Shown here: one piece after another, positions 54,121 to 63,060 of the stretch
Layout of the letters: each line of letters opens with the position of its first letter
Position numbering within the stretch: position 1 is the stretch's first letter
NCBI GenBank assembly: GCA_045106075.1
Contig: JBGCEB010000014.1
Location: 25,842 to 89,841, forward strand
Length of the DNA stretch: 64,000 bases
Source: Phycisphaerales bacterium
GTDB lineage: Bacteria > Planctomycetota > Phycisphaerae > Phycisphaerales > UBA1924
Direction of reading: 5' to 3'
Notes under the pieces: generated by a model
Told to the model about the DNA's origin: nothing
Database searches by the model: none
The model's input: the letters and a program-made list of their open reading frames with translations, nothing else
Translations under genes and position numbers: made by a program

Positions 54121-55359
54121 ATGGGCATTACGCTTCCAATCTATCTTGATCACGCCGCCACGACCCGATGCGATCCGCGCGTGGTCGACGCAATGCTCCC
54201 CTTGTTCACCGAGAACTTCGGGAATCCAGGTTCGCGCAACCACTCGTTCGGATGGGCTTCGGAAGAATCCGTGGACACCGCTCGGCGTCAGGTCGCCGAC
54301 CTCATCGGCGCCGACCCGAAGGAAATCGTGTTCACATCGGGCGCGACCGAGAGTAACAACCTTGCCATCAAGGGCGCGGCCAACATGTATGCCAAAAAGC
54401 CCGCGGGTCAGACCGGTCGCGGGCATGTGATCTCCGCACTCCACGAGCACAAAGCAGTGCTCGACCCCTGCAAGCGGCTCGAAAAGGAAGGCTTTGATGT
54501 CACCCTTCTCGAACCCGGCAAGGACGGCTTGATCACCAAAGACATGGTTGAAGCAGCGATGCGTGATGACACCATCCTCGTCACGGTCATGTGGGCAAAC
54601 AATGAGATCGGCACAATCAACGAGATCCCCGAGATCGGTGCCTTGTGCCATGACAAGGGCGTGGTCTTCCACACGGACGCAACCCAGTGGGTCGGCAAAA
54701 TGCCAACCGACGTCAAGCGCGACAACGTCGACTTGCTCTCTTTGTCAGCTCATAAAATGTACGGGCCCAAAGGCGTCGGAGCGTTGTATGTTCGCCGCCG
54801 CCGTCCGCGTGTGCGTTTGACAGCCATCCAAGAGGGCGGCGGGCAGGAGCGTGGCTTGCGTTCAGGCACACTGAACGTTTCAGGCATCGTCGGACTTGGC
54901 AAAGCCTGCGAACTCTGCGCCCAGGAGATGGACAGCGAACAACAGCGCTTGCTCAAACTCCGCAAGCTTGTGGAAGACAAGGTTACCGCCGCGCTCGATG
55001 TCGTCCAAGTCAACGGGCACGCCGACAAACGCTTGCCGCACATCACCAACATCTCGTTCGGCTTCGTCGAGGGTGAGAGCCTGATGATGGCGGTCAAGGA
55101 CATCGCAATGTCATCTGGCTCGGCGTGCACGAGTGCATCGCTCGAACCCAGCTACGTGCTCAAGGCGCTCGGCGTCGGTGACGACCTGGCCCACTCGTCG
55201 CTGCGGATCAGCTTTGGACGTTGGAGCACAGAAGCGGAAGCCGAGTACGCTGCCGAGAAGATCATCGAAGCAGTCACCAAACTTCGCGAGTTGTCGCCGT
55301 TGTTCGACATGCACAACGAAGGCATCGACGTAAGCAAAATCGAATGGAACGCGCACTAG
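54121..55359 (+). CDS. iscS: Cysteine desulfurase (NifS/IscS, class I)
   Basis: IYLDHAATT..., [35 protein letters not shown] (PLP-Lys), SSGSACTS (catalytic Cys loop). Confidence 0.9.
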   Translation: MGITLPIYLDHAATTRCDPRVVDAMLPLFTENFGNPGSRNHSFGWASEESVDTARRQVADLIGADPKEIVFTSGATESNNLAIKGAANMYAKKPAGQTGRGHVISALHEHKAVLDPCKRLEKEGFDVTLLEPGKDGLITKDMVEAAMRDDTILVTVMWANNEIGTINEIPEIGALCHDKGVVFHTDATQWVGKMPTDVKRDNVDLLSLSAHKMYGPKGVGALYVRRRRPRVRLTAIQEGGGQERGLRSGTLNVSGIVGLGKACELCAQEMDSEQQRLLKLRKLVEDKVTAALDVVQVNGHADKRLPHITNISFGFVEGESLMMAVKDIAMSSGSACTSASLEPSYVLKALGVGDDLAHSSLRISFGRWSTEAEAEYAAEKIIEAVTKLRELSPLFDMHNEGIDVSKIEWNAH

Positions 55360-55491
55360 ATTTTTCGCGCCCGTCTGGGCACGAGTCACCGCCTTCGGCA
55401 GAGTTCGGCGGCACGAAATCAATGTGCGAATAGAAGCGAGCCCGCAACGGTTCATACTGACAAGAGACACTCCCACCTACGAGGTGACACC

Positions 55492-55917
55492 ATGGCATAC
55501 AGCCCCAAAGTCGTTGAGCATTACGAGAAGCCCCGCAATGTCGGAACCTTCGGCACGCAAAAGGAAATCAAGGAACGCAAGGACGTCGGCGTTGGTCTCG
55601 TCGGCGCCCCTGAGTGTGGCGATGTGATGCAGCTCCAGATCAAAGTCGATGACGAAGGCAAGATCGAAGACGCCAAGTTCAAATGCTTCGGCTGCGGCTC
55701 CGCCATCGCGTCGTCATCACTTGCAACCGAGTGGCTCAAGGGCAAAGAACTCGATGAGGGCTTGTCGATCAAGAACACGCAGATCGTCGAAGAGCTCAGC
55801 CTGCCTCCCGTGAAGATCCACTGCTCGGTATTGGCTGAGGACGCCATCCGCGCAGCGATTGCCGACTACAAAGAGAAGAACGGCATCGCGTCCGATACCC
55901 AGGCGCACGCCCACTGA
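55492..55917 (+). CDS. iscU: Fe-S cluster assembly scaffold IscU/NifU-N
   Basis: MAYSPKVVEHYEKPRNVG..., GAPECGDVMQLQI, FKCFGCGSAIASSS, LPPVKIHCSVLAEDAI carry the three conserved Cys. Confidence 0.9.
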   Translation: MAYSPKVVEHYEKPRNVGTFGTQKEIKERKDVGVGLVGAPECGDVMQLQIKVDDEGKIEDAKFKCFGCGSAIASSSLATEWLKGKELDEGLSIKNTQIVEELSLPPVKIHCSVLAEDAIRAAIADYKEKNGIASDTQAHAH

Positions 55918-56037
55918 ACTCGCCGGACCGGCAAGGGATTGTGCGAAGTTCGGATCCAGATCTGAACCGAGCAAGCTAGAATGGTCGACACCACGCCGAG
56001 AGCATTGGCCCGACCGCAGGATGGAAAGGAAACCGTC

Positions 56038-56391
56038 ATGTCCACCGAAATCGCTGAGAGCACCGTCATCCTGACCGAGTTGGCCGCCAAAGAGATTGGC
56101 CGAATCATCGCCGAGCAGGAACTCGATGCTGACAAAGTCCGCCTTCGCGTTGGCGTCAAGGGAGGAGGATGCTCGGGCTTTAGCTACATCCTCGACCTGA
56201 CCGAGACCCAAAAGGACTCGGACGAACTGTTCGAGCAGCATGGCATCAAGATGATTGTCGATCCCAAGAGCCTGCTCTATCTGGGTGGCACCATGGTTGA
56301 CTTCAAGGACGAGATCATGGGCCGGGGATTTGTATTCACAAATCCCAACGCGACCACCAACTGTGGCTGTGGCTCGTCGTTCTCTGTCTAG
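56038..56391 (+). CDS. iscA: A-type Fe-S cluster carrier (IscA/ErpA/HesB family)
   Basis: LRVGVKGGGCSGFSY...FEQHGIKMIVDPKSLLYLGGTMVDF...GFVFTNPNATTNCGCGSSF has the C-x(n)-C-G-C signature. Confidence 0.85.
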   Translation: MSTEIAESTVILTELAAKEIGRIIAEQELDADKVRLRVGVKGGGCSGFSYILDLTETQKDSDELFEQHGIKMIVDPKSLLYLGGTMVDFKDEIMGRGFVFTNPNATTNCGCGSSFSV

Positions 56392-56593
56392 GGCATCTTC
56401 AACGGGCCCTGATCAGGGATATCGATCCCATCACCAACCGAACATGCCTTATCTACCGCCCGGCCAGTCCGGGCGGTATCTCTTTTGGCAGCGGTCTTTT
56501 GGGATGATGGGGTTGCCAACTGACGGGCGGGATGGTTCAATAGAGATTCCCCCGCTGGCGGACGCCCGCGGCACGATTCCCGGAAGGACCCGA

Positions 56594-57073
56594 ATGAGCC
56601 AGGCATCTACGCCCCTCGATACCGCCCAAGGGTTCTCCCCCCCCACTGTGGTGCAGTTCAGCGTCTTCTTGGTCAACAAGGTTGGCAAGCTTCTGGATCT
56701 CGTCGAGAACTTCGATGAGGCATCCTGCTCGATCTGCGCCATCTCGGTCCATGAATCCTCCGACCATGCCGTCGTCAGGGTTATCACCAACAATGCCTCA
56801 GAAGCCCGCAAGCTGCTCCGTGAGGATGCCCTGCCCTTCGGAGAACATGAGGTCCTTGTGGTTTCCCTCAACGAAGGACACACCCTCTCTCGGCTGTGTC
56901 TTCACCTGCTCGGAGCGGAGATCAACATCGCGTTCGCCTATCCGCTGATGATCAAGCCCAATGGCGCCCCCACCATCGCAATCGCGGTGGATGACCACAC
57001 CTTGGCGGGTCAGATCCTGCGGCGAAAGGGTTTCACACTTCTGGGCGAAGCTGATCTCCCCCACATGGAGTAA
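56594..57073 (+). CDS. ACT-domain (tandem) small-molecule-binding protein
   Basis: VVQFSVFLVNKVGKLLDLVENF... and ...VVSLNEGHTLSRLCLHLLGAEINIAFAYP... look like two ACT-like beta-alpha-beta-beta-alpha-beta units. Call is from architecture only. Confidence 0.45.
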   Translation: MSQASTPLDTAQGFSPPTVVQFSVFLVNKVGKLLDLVENFDEASCSICAISVHESSDHAVVRVITNNASEARKLLREDALPFGEHEVLVVSLNEGHTLSRLCLHLLGAEINIAFAYPLMIKPNGAPTIAIAVDDHTLAGQILRRKGFTLLGEADLPHME

Positions 57074-57257
57074 TGCGACGCGGAGAGACTCGATCCCCAG
57101 ATTCTGTCGTTTTCGGCTTGGCTTGCATCGATTCGGTTCCGATCCGGTACCATAACGAAACAAATGCACCACCCGCCAAGTTCTGTCGGACTTTGGCAAA
57201 GGCTCGTTCGAGTTCTACATTGAACCAATCGCGCCTCCATCAAACAAAGGAGTTCTT

Positions 57258-58295
57258 ATGTCCCGTACAATGATGATCCTGGTCGCTGGTCTAGCCACAG
57301 GCTTCGCCCAAGCCGGCCCCGAGGGCACCAAGACCGGTCATGAAGGCCACGGCCACGCTGACAAGCACACTGCGAAGCACGCAGACCACAAGTCACTCAG
57401 CGAACTTTTCGCCGACGAAAAGAAACCCGAACTTTGGATCGGTTCGAAAGCTCCCGCGCTCCAACTCGCCCACTTCCCCCGTGGCGAGGCGATCACCTCC
57501 TTCGAACCCGGCCGCACCTATGTCGTCGAAATGTGGGCCACTTGGTGCGGACCGTGCATCGCTGCGTTCCCACACGTTGCCGATCTTCAAAAGAAATACG
57601 AAGACAAACTCAGCGTCATCGGAGTGAACATCTGGGAGCGCGCAAGCGGTGAAGAGCGTACTGAACTCGTCGAAGAGTTTGTCGCCAAGCACACCGAGAT
57701 GAAGTACACCGTCGCGATCGAAGAAGGCACCGCGATGGGCGACACATGGATGAAGCCCGCCGGGCAAAACGGTATCCCGGCGGCATTCATTATCGACGGC
57801 ACCGGTAAGGTCGCTTGGATCGGACACCCGATGTCGATGGACGAGCCCCTCGCCCAAATCATCGCCGGCGACTATGACATTGAAACCGAAGCCGACAAAG
57901 CATGGACTTCGCAGCTTGCGATGACCGGATACATGGAAATGCGCCGCGCCGTGAGCGAAGGCGAATGGAATCGTTCGATCGAAGTGGCGACCGCGCTTGT
58001 TCATGATGCCTTCGGCGACGAGCCTTCGGGCCTCAACGCCGTCGCCTGGACCATGCTTCAAGGCGAAGACCGCCCCGAAGCCGCGACCAAACTTGCATAC
58101 AAAGCCGCCAAGATGGCGTGCGACAAGACCGATTGGCAAGAGTGGATGATCCTCGACACCTACGCACTCGCGGCATTCAACGCAGGCAAAACCGACGAAG
58201 CAGTCAAGTGGCAGACCAAAGCCATCGAGCTTGCCCCTGACGAAGCCAAAGAAGAAATGGCCGCTCAGCTCGAGTCCTTCGGCGGCGAGGGCTAA
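57258..58295 (+). CDS. Secreted TlpA-like thiol:disulfide oxidoreductase with His-rich N-terminus and TPR-like C-terminal domain (paralogue 1)
   Basis: Signal peptide; GHEGHGHADKHTAKHADH; YVVEMWATWCGPCIAAFPHV (CxxC); GIPAAFIIDG; C-terminal ILDTYALAAFNAGKTDEAVKWQTKAIELAP. AAGGAG precedes the ATG. Confidence 0.8.
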   Translation: MSRTMMILVAGLATGFAQAGPEGTKTGHEGHGHADKHTAKHADHKSLSELFADEKKPELWIGSKAPALQLAHFPRGEAITSFEPGRTYVVEMWATWCGPCIAAFPHVADLQKKYEDKLSVIGVNIWERASGEERTELVEEFVAKHTEMKYTVAIEEGTAMGDTWMKPAGQNGIPAAFIIDGTGKVAWIGHPMSMDEPLAQIIAGDYDIETEADKAWTSQLAMTGYMEMRRAVSEGEWNRSIEVATALVHDAFGDEPSGLNAVAWTMLQGEDRPEAATKLAYKAAKMACDKTDWQEWMILDTYALAAFNAGKTDEAVKWQTKAIELAPDEAKEEMAAQLESFGGEG

Positions 58296-58339
58296 GTCCC
58301 GCACCACTTAGACTCGAACACGCTCTACTGAATCACGAG

Positions 58340-58365
58340 AAGCCCCGTCCCCGCAGACGGGGCTT
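58340..58365 (+). terminator. Terminator hairpin after TlpA-like paralogue 1
   Basis: aagccccgtc-cccgca-gacggggctt. Confidence 0.55.
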
Positions 58366-58527
58366 TCTCATTGATCCAACGAGTCACGCCACTCTTCAAC
58401 ACCGCACGCTCAATGAACGCACATTCGCCGCAACCATGCGGTCAAATCGCCTTTATACGCAGTATCGAGCAACGCTTTTTTTCGCACAGATCTCATTTAC
58501 ACGACACGCCCGCACCAGGAGAGACCC

Positions 58528-59580
58528 ATGATCCGCGTACCTCTGGCGATCACCGCATGCTTCATCACTGGCATTACCCACGCCAACCCACAAGGCGCTG
58601 GCAACAAATCCGGAGCTACTACGCAAGACATCACCGTCAGCAAACACCACTCCGCGCAGTCAGACATCAAGCACAAGACTCTGCAGGAACTTCTCCCCGG
58701 CCAAGAGCAGCCCAAGCTATGGATCGGTTCGCCCGCACCGGCGCTTCAACTCTCCCACTTTCCTCGCGGCGAACCCATCGCTTCGTTGGAACCCGGGCAA
58801 ATCTATGTCATCGAAATGTGGGCAACTTGGTGCGGCCCGTGCATCGCGGCGTTCCCGCATGTCGCTTCGCTCCAAGAAAAGTATGGCGACAAGATCCGTG
58901 TGATTGGTGTCAATGTATGGGAAGGTTCGGAAGGCGATGCCCGCGTCGAACAGATCAATGAGTTCGTCGCCGAACACACCGAAATGAAATACACCGTTGC
59001 GATCGAAGAAGGCACCGCGATGGTTGACACATGGATGAAGCCATCGGGGCGCAGCGGCATCCCCGCTGCATTCATTGTTGATGGGGCTGGCACGGTCGTT
59101 TGGTTGGGGCATCCCATGGCGATGGACGAGCCTCTCGATCAGGTCATCAAAGGTGAATACGACATCGAAGCAGCCACGGAGAAGATGTGGCTTGGGCATC
59201 TGACCAGTATCGCGTACGACCAGATGTACATCGCCGAGAGCAAGGCAGATACAGATCGCCTCCATGAAGTTGCTGGGACGCTCGTTTTTGATGCGTTCTA
59301 CGATGCGCCGCAACCGATCAATGCGATCTCCTGGCTGTTACTGAACTATGAGAAAGCGACTCCGGAAATCTATCAACTCGCCTACAACGCAGCCCAACGA
59401 GCTTGTGAACTCACAGACTGGGAGGATTGGATGATCCTCGATACCTACGCGTTGGCTGCGCACAAAACCGGCGACAACGACACCGCTGTGAAGTGGCAGA
59501 AGAAGGCGATTGAACGAGCGCCCGCATCTGACAAAAAGCTGCTGGAACCGCAGCTCAAGCTATTTGAGGCTGATAGTTGA
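58528..59580 (+). CDS. Secreted TlpA-like thiol:disulfide oxidoreductase with TPR-like C-terminal domain (paralogue 2)
   Basis: YVIEMWATWCGPCIAAFPHV, GIPAAFIVDG, ILDTYALAAHKTGDNDTAVKWQKKAIERAP. Colinear with paralogue 1. Confidence 0.8.
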   Translation: MIRVPLAITACFITGITHANPQGAGNKSGATTQDITVSKHHSAQSDIKHKTLQELLPGQEQPKLWIGSPAPALQLSHFPRGEPIASLEPGQIYVIEMWATWCGPCIAAFPHVASLQEKYGDKIRVIGVNVWEGSEGDARVEQINEFVAEHTEMKYTVAIEEGTAMVDTWMKPSGRSGIPAAFIVDGAGTVVWLGHPMAMDEPLDQVIKGEYDIEAATEKMWLGHLTSIAYDQMYIAESKADTDRLHEVAGTLVFDAFYDAPQPINAISWLLLNYEKATPEIYQLAYNAAQRACELTDWEDWMILDTYALAAHKTGDNDTAVKWQKKAIERAPASDKKLLEPQLKLFEADS

Positions 59581-59620
59581 GATCTATCACTGGCGAGATC
59601 CGGACTGGATAAATACAAAA

Positions 59621-59647
59621 GAAGCCCCGTCAAGATGACGGGGCTTC
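59621..59647. terminator. Bidirectional terminator between TlpA-like paralogue 2 and trxB
   Basis: gaagccccgtc-aagat-gacggggcttc (11-bp stem) flanked by aaaa/ttctttc. The stem sequence is the same as in the hairpin at 58340-58365. Confidence 0.7.
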
Positions 59648-59678
59648 TTCTTTCAACTGGTTTCAAGAGGGCCAGTGT

Positions 59679-60665
59679 TTACGCGAGTCCCTTGCCGCCA
59701 AGGTAGTGCTCGGCGTCAAGCGCTGCCGCGCAACCCATGCCAGCAGCGGTGACCGCCTGACGATACTTCGCGTCCGAGACGTCTCCGGCGCCGAACACGC
59801 CAGGAATGTTGGTCTCGCTGGTCCGCGTCTTGAGTTCCAGGTAGCCAGCATCGTCAAACTCGAGCCCGGTGCCCTTGATGAACTTGGTCGCGGGTGTGTG
59901 CCCGATCGCAACAAACAACCCCTTGATGGGAAGATCGGACTCGTCACCGGTGACGGTATCTTTGAGCCGGACACCTGAGATCTTCTCATCGCCGTGCACA
60001 TCTACGACGGTTTTGTTCCAAAGTACTTCAGCGTTTGGCTTTGAGAGGAATCGCTCTTGCATGACCTTTGATGCACGCAGCTCATCGCGGCGATGAATCA
60101 CCGAGACTTTGCTGGCAAACTTGGTCAAGTACGTTGCTTCTTCCATCGCGGTATCGCCGCCACCGACGACCGCGACGTGCTGGTCACGGAATGCAGGGAG
60201 TGCTCCGTCGCAAACTGCGCACGCCGACACGCCGCCGCCGCCTCGTGCAAGCCGCATCTCGTTGTCGAGCCCGATCCAGTTGGCGGTCGCACCGGTTGAG
60301 ATGATGACCGTGTGGGCCTTGATGACTGCGCCACCTGAAGAGTGGAGCGTGTGGGGCGAACCATCGTTGGAGAACTCACACGTGGCGATGTCTTCGCCGA
60401 CGATGCGCGTGCCGAAACGCTTGGCCTGCTCTTCAAACTTCATCATCATTTCAGGGCCTTCGACGCCGTCTGGAAAACCCGGATAGTTCTCGACCTCGGT
60501 GGTCAGCATGAGCTGTCCGCCCGGGAGGATCGGGCCCGGATCTTGCTTGGGCACTCCGACATAGACCAACGGGTTGAGGCTCGCCCGGGCGGCGTAGATT
60601 GCTGCGGTCCAACCCGCTGGCCCGGAACCAATGATGACGACCTGTTCGATGCCTGATTCGCTCAC
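59679..60665 (-). CDS. trxB: Thioredoxin-disulfide reductase
   Basis: VVIIGSGPAGWTAAIYAARA (FAD), CAVCDGA (redox-active CxxC), VAVVGGGDTAMEEATYL (NADPH). A GTG start at 60665 with GGAGGA 4 nt upstream is preferred; the ATG at 60704 is also possible. Confidence 0.9.
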   Translation of the reverse strand: MSESGIEQVVIIGSGPAGWTAAIYAARASLNPLVYVGVPKQDPGPILPGGQLMLTTEVENYPGFPDGVEGPEMMMKFEEQAKRFGTRIVGEDIATCEFSNDGSPHTLHSSGGAVIKAHTVIISTGATANWIGLDNEMRLARGGGGVSACAVCDGALPAFRDQHVAVVGGGDTAMEEATYLTKFASKVSVIHRRDELRASKVMQERFLSKPNAEVLWNKTVVDVHGDEKISGVRLKDTVTGDESDLPIKGLFVAIGHTPATKFIKGTGLEFDDAGYLELKTRTSETNIPGVFGAGDVSDAKYRQAVTAAGMGCAAALDAEHYLGGKGLA

Positions 60666-60907
60666 ACGATCCTCCGATGTCTTGATTCGATGCGATGCCT
60701 GCAAACCCCATAGCCGGGATGAGCAGAACCGAGCATATGAGCCCTGTATTCCCCAACATCCCTCGGGCGAGCATCCTACGGCTCGGCAATCTCAGAATCT
60801 TGCCGCGAGACGACCCGTCTGGATACTCCATAAAACAGGCCCGTGCCGGAGGACACGGGCCCGCAATGGGTGACTGTTTTTGACGTCAAACGACGGATGC
60901 TCTTCAA

Positions 60908-61867
60908 TCAGCCGGCGGTACGACTCTGCGAAGGAGTCGCCCGACGGACTTCCTCGTTCGCGGTGTCGAGATCTTCGAACGTCTCATCTCGGCGATAGAA
61001 ACGGCTGGGCTTCGAGTCGCTCAAACGCTCGTTGAGACGGCTTAGCGACTCCTCGACAATCTGACGGACACGTTCACGCGAGATGCCGACGTCAGCTGCG
61101 ATCTCTTTGAGTGTCAGTGGTTCTTGGCCGTCGAGACCAAACCGCAAACGAAGGATCAATGCTTCACGCTCGTCGATGGTCTCCATCAAACGCCGAAGCA
61201 CGTCAAGCTCTTCGGAGTGCAGCGTGCGCTCTTCTGGTGTGCCCACGCGAGGGTCGGCGATGAGTTCGCCGAGTTGCATGAGCCCGCCGTCGCCATCGCT
61301 CGGTGCTTGGCTGGGAGCGTGGAAGGCTTTCACCGCACGCTTGATGATCTTGACCTTTTTCAGGGGCAGATCCATCGCATCGGCGAGTTGATCCATCGTG
61401 GGCGGCGCACCGTTTTCGGCTTCGAGCCGGCGCGAGTGCATCTTCCACTTGGCGATCAGTTCGACCATATAGGCCGGGATGTGGATCGGCTGATTCGCGT
61501 TGATCAAGGCACGCTTGATGCCCTGCTTGATCCACCAGCTGGCGTAGGTGCTAAAACGAGCACCCTGAGCCGGATCGAACCCTTCAACAGCCCGCATCAG
61601 CCCGATGTTGCCTTCCTCGATGAGGTCCGTCAACGGCAAGCCGCGGTTGTTGTAGTTCTTTGCGATCGAGACCACAAGCCGCAGGTTCGAGCGGATCATC
61701 CGCTGCCTGGCTTCCGGGCATTGATCATTGATGATGGCCCATCCAAGCTCACGCTCTTCCTCTGCGGTCAGCAGCGGATAGCGGTTGATATCTTGAAGAT
61801 AGACCTGGATGGAGGAGCGTACACCACCTGCAGGCGCACGCGTACCGCGAACAATTCTCTCACTCAC
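60908..61867 (-). CDS. RNA polymerase sigma-70 family factor (RpoD/RpoS-like, regions 1.2-4)
   Basis: [20 protein letters not shown] (1.2), [58 protein letters not shown] (2), [25 protein letters not shown] (4.2). Start uncertain (GTG 61867/61879 or TTG 61930). Confidence 0.9.
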   Translation of the reverse strand: MSERIVRGTRAPAGGVRSSIQVYLQDINRYPLLTAEEERELGWAIINDQCPEARQRMIRSNLRLVVSIAKNYNNRGLPLTDLIEEGNIGLMRAVEGFDPAQGARFSTYASWWIKQGIKRALINANQPIHIPAYMVELIAKWKMHSRRLEAENGAPPTMDQLADAMDLPLKKVKIIKRAVKAFHAPSQAPSDGDGGLMQLGELIADPRVGTPEERTLHSEELDVLRRLMETIDEREALILRLRFGLDGQEPLTLKEIAADVGISRERVRQIVEESLSRLNERLSDSKPSRFYRRDETFEDLDTANEEVRRATPSQSRTAG

Positions 61868-62166
61868 TTTCCTACCCACCTCTCTGCGGCGAGCGCCGCT
61901 AGAAAGAAGACAAGCCGGGTCTAGACCCAACCCTTACTGGTTCGTGAGTCTACGCAAAAGGTTCCATCGGCTGAAGCGGAATCTGCCTGAAGGAAGGGGA
62001 ATTTGCGAGATTCGCTTGCACGATTCAGATCCGGTTTGGGCCGGTTGGACGGTCTGGCCGACAATGTGAACAATGTGATCGGCCCATCCGAGTTTTTACT
62101 GGCACATCCCAAAACCTGTGGAACACTGCCGCCCGCCCGTATGCTCAAACACCCACGGAGCCCCCA

Positions 62167-63051
62167 TTGGATCATGATCTGACTGCCATGCTCGCCGAAT
62201 GGCCCTTTCAACCGGGGCAAATCAACGTCCGCCTCATTCAGGGGCAAGACGGAGAGCCCCGGATCCAGGTCCGCCTCGACCTCGGATTGCTCCAGATGCA
62301 TGTCGACGGCCGACCCGACGGCGACCGGCCCCAAGGATTCGACAGCCTCCTCGAGTACCACGAGTCCAAACTCGACGAACTCAGAGGGCTCAGCCAGCCC
62401 CCCACCGGCGAAAACGAAGAAGAACTTTCTGGAGCAGGCACAAGCGGGCTTCCCGGCGAATCGGATGAAGAAGACTCGGGAGAAGGTCCGAAAATCCTCA
62501 GCCCCGAAGATTGTCGCCTTCTCCGTGAAGAAGCCATCCAGTATTACCACCGCTACATCGCCCTGCTCGTCCTCGATGACTTTGACGGCGTGGCCCGCGA
62601 TACCTCTCGTAACTTGCGAGTCCTCGATCTGATCGCAGAGCACGCAGAGACCGAGGAAGATCGGCGATCGATGGAACAAAATCGCCCCTACGTCATGATG
62701 ATGCGTGCCCGGGCGCTCGCAAGCATGGCGCTGCGCGACGAGGAACCCAAAGCCGCTGCCCACGCGATCGAAGAAGGCATCGAGGCGCTGCGGCAGTATT
62801 TCGACGACAACGACGCGCCCGAAGCATTCGAAAAATCGAGCGAAGTCGAGATGCTCAAGGAAATGCGCGAAGCACTCGTTCCCAAACTCCCGCTCTCGCA
62901 ACGAGCCGAGTTACGGCAGCGCCTCGAAGGCGCCATCACGGCAGAAAACTATGAGCTCGCGGCGATCCTCCGCGATGAACTCCGCATGATCAACGACAAA
63001 CCAAACCCGAGCGGGCCCACAGGCGGCACGGCAAGTGGTCCGGCAAGCTAA
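62167..63051 (+). CDS. UvrB/UvrC-motif (UVR domain) containing protein
   Basis: C-terminal ...LEGAITAENYELAAILRDELRMINDK is a UVR motif. N-terminus DHDLTAMLAEWPFQPGQINVRLI. Probable TTG start at 62167 (GGAG 6 nt upstream); ATG at 62188 is the alternative. Confidence 0.65.
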   Translation: MDHDLTAMLAEWPFQPGQINVRLIQGQDGEPRIQVRLDLGLLQMHVDGRPDGDRPQGFDSLLEYHESKLDELRGLSQPPTGENEEELSGAGTSGLPGESDEEDSGEGPKILSPEDCRLLREEAIQYYHRYIALLVLDDFDGVARDTSRNLRVLDLIAEHAETEEDRRSMEQNRPYVMMMRARALASMALRDEEPKAAAHAIEEGIEALRQYFDDNDAPEAFEKSSEVEMLKEMREALVPKLPLSQRAELRQRLEGAITAENYELAAILRDELRMINDKPNPSGPTGGTASGPAS

Positions 63052-63060
63052 AAAATTCAT

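Noticed and set aside
57393-59313. Minus-strand ORFs 57393-58307 (304 aa) and 58717-59313 (198 aa)
   Set aside because: They are antisense to the two TlpA-like genes, which carry unmistakable WCGPC thioredoxin motifs.
61921-62901. 326-aa minus-strand ORF
   Set aside because: It is entirely antisense to the UVR-motif gene (62167-63051), whose N- and C-terminal motifs look genuine. The composition (E/F/V/G-rich with no motifs) is typical of a high-GC shadow ORF.
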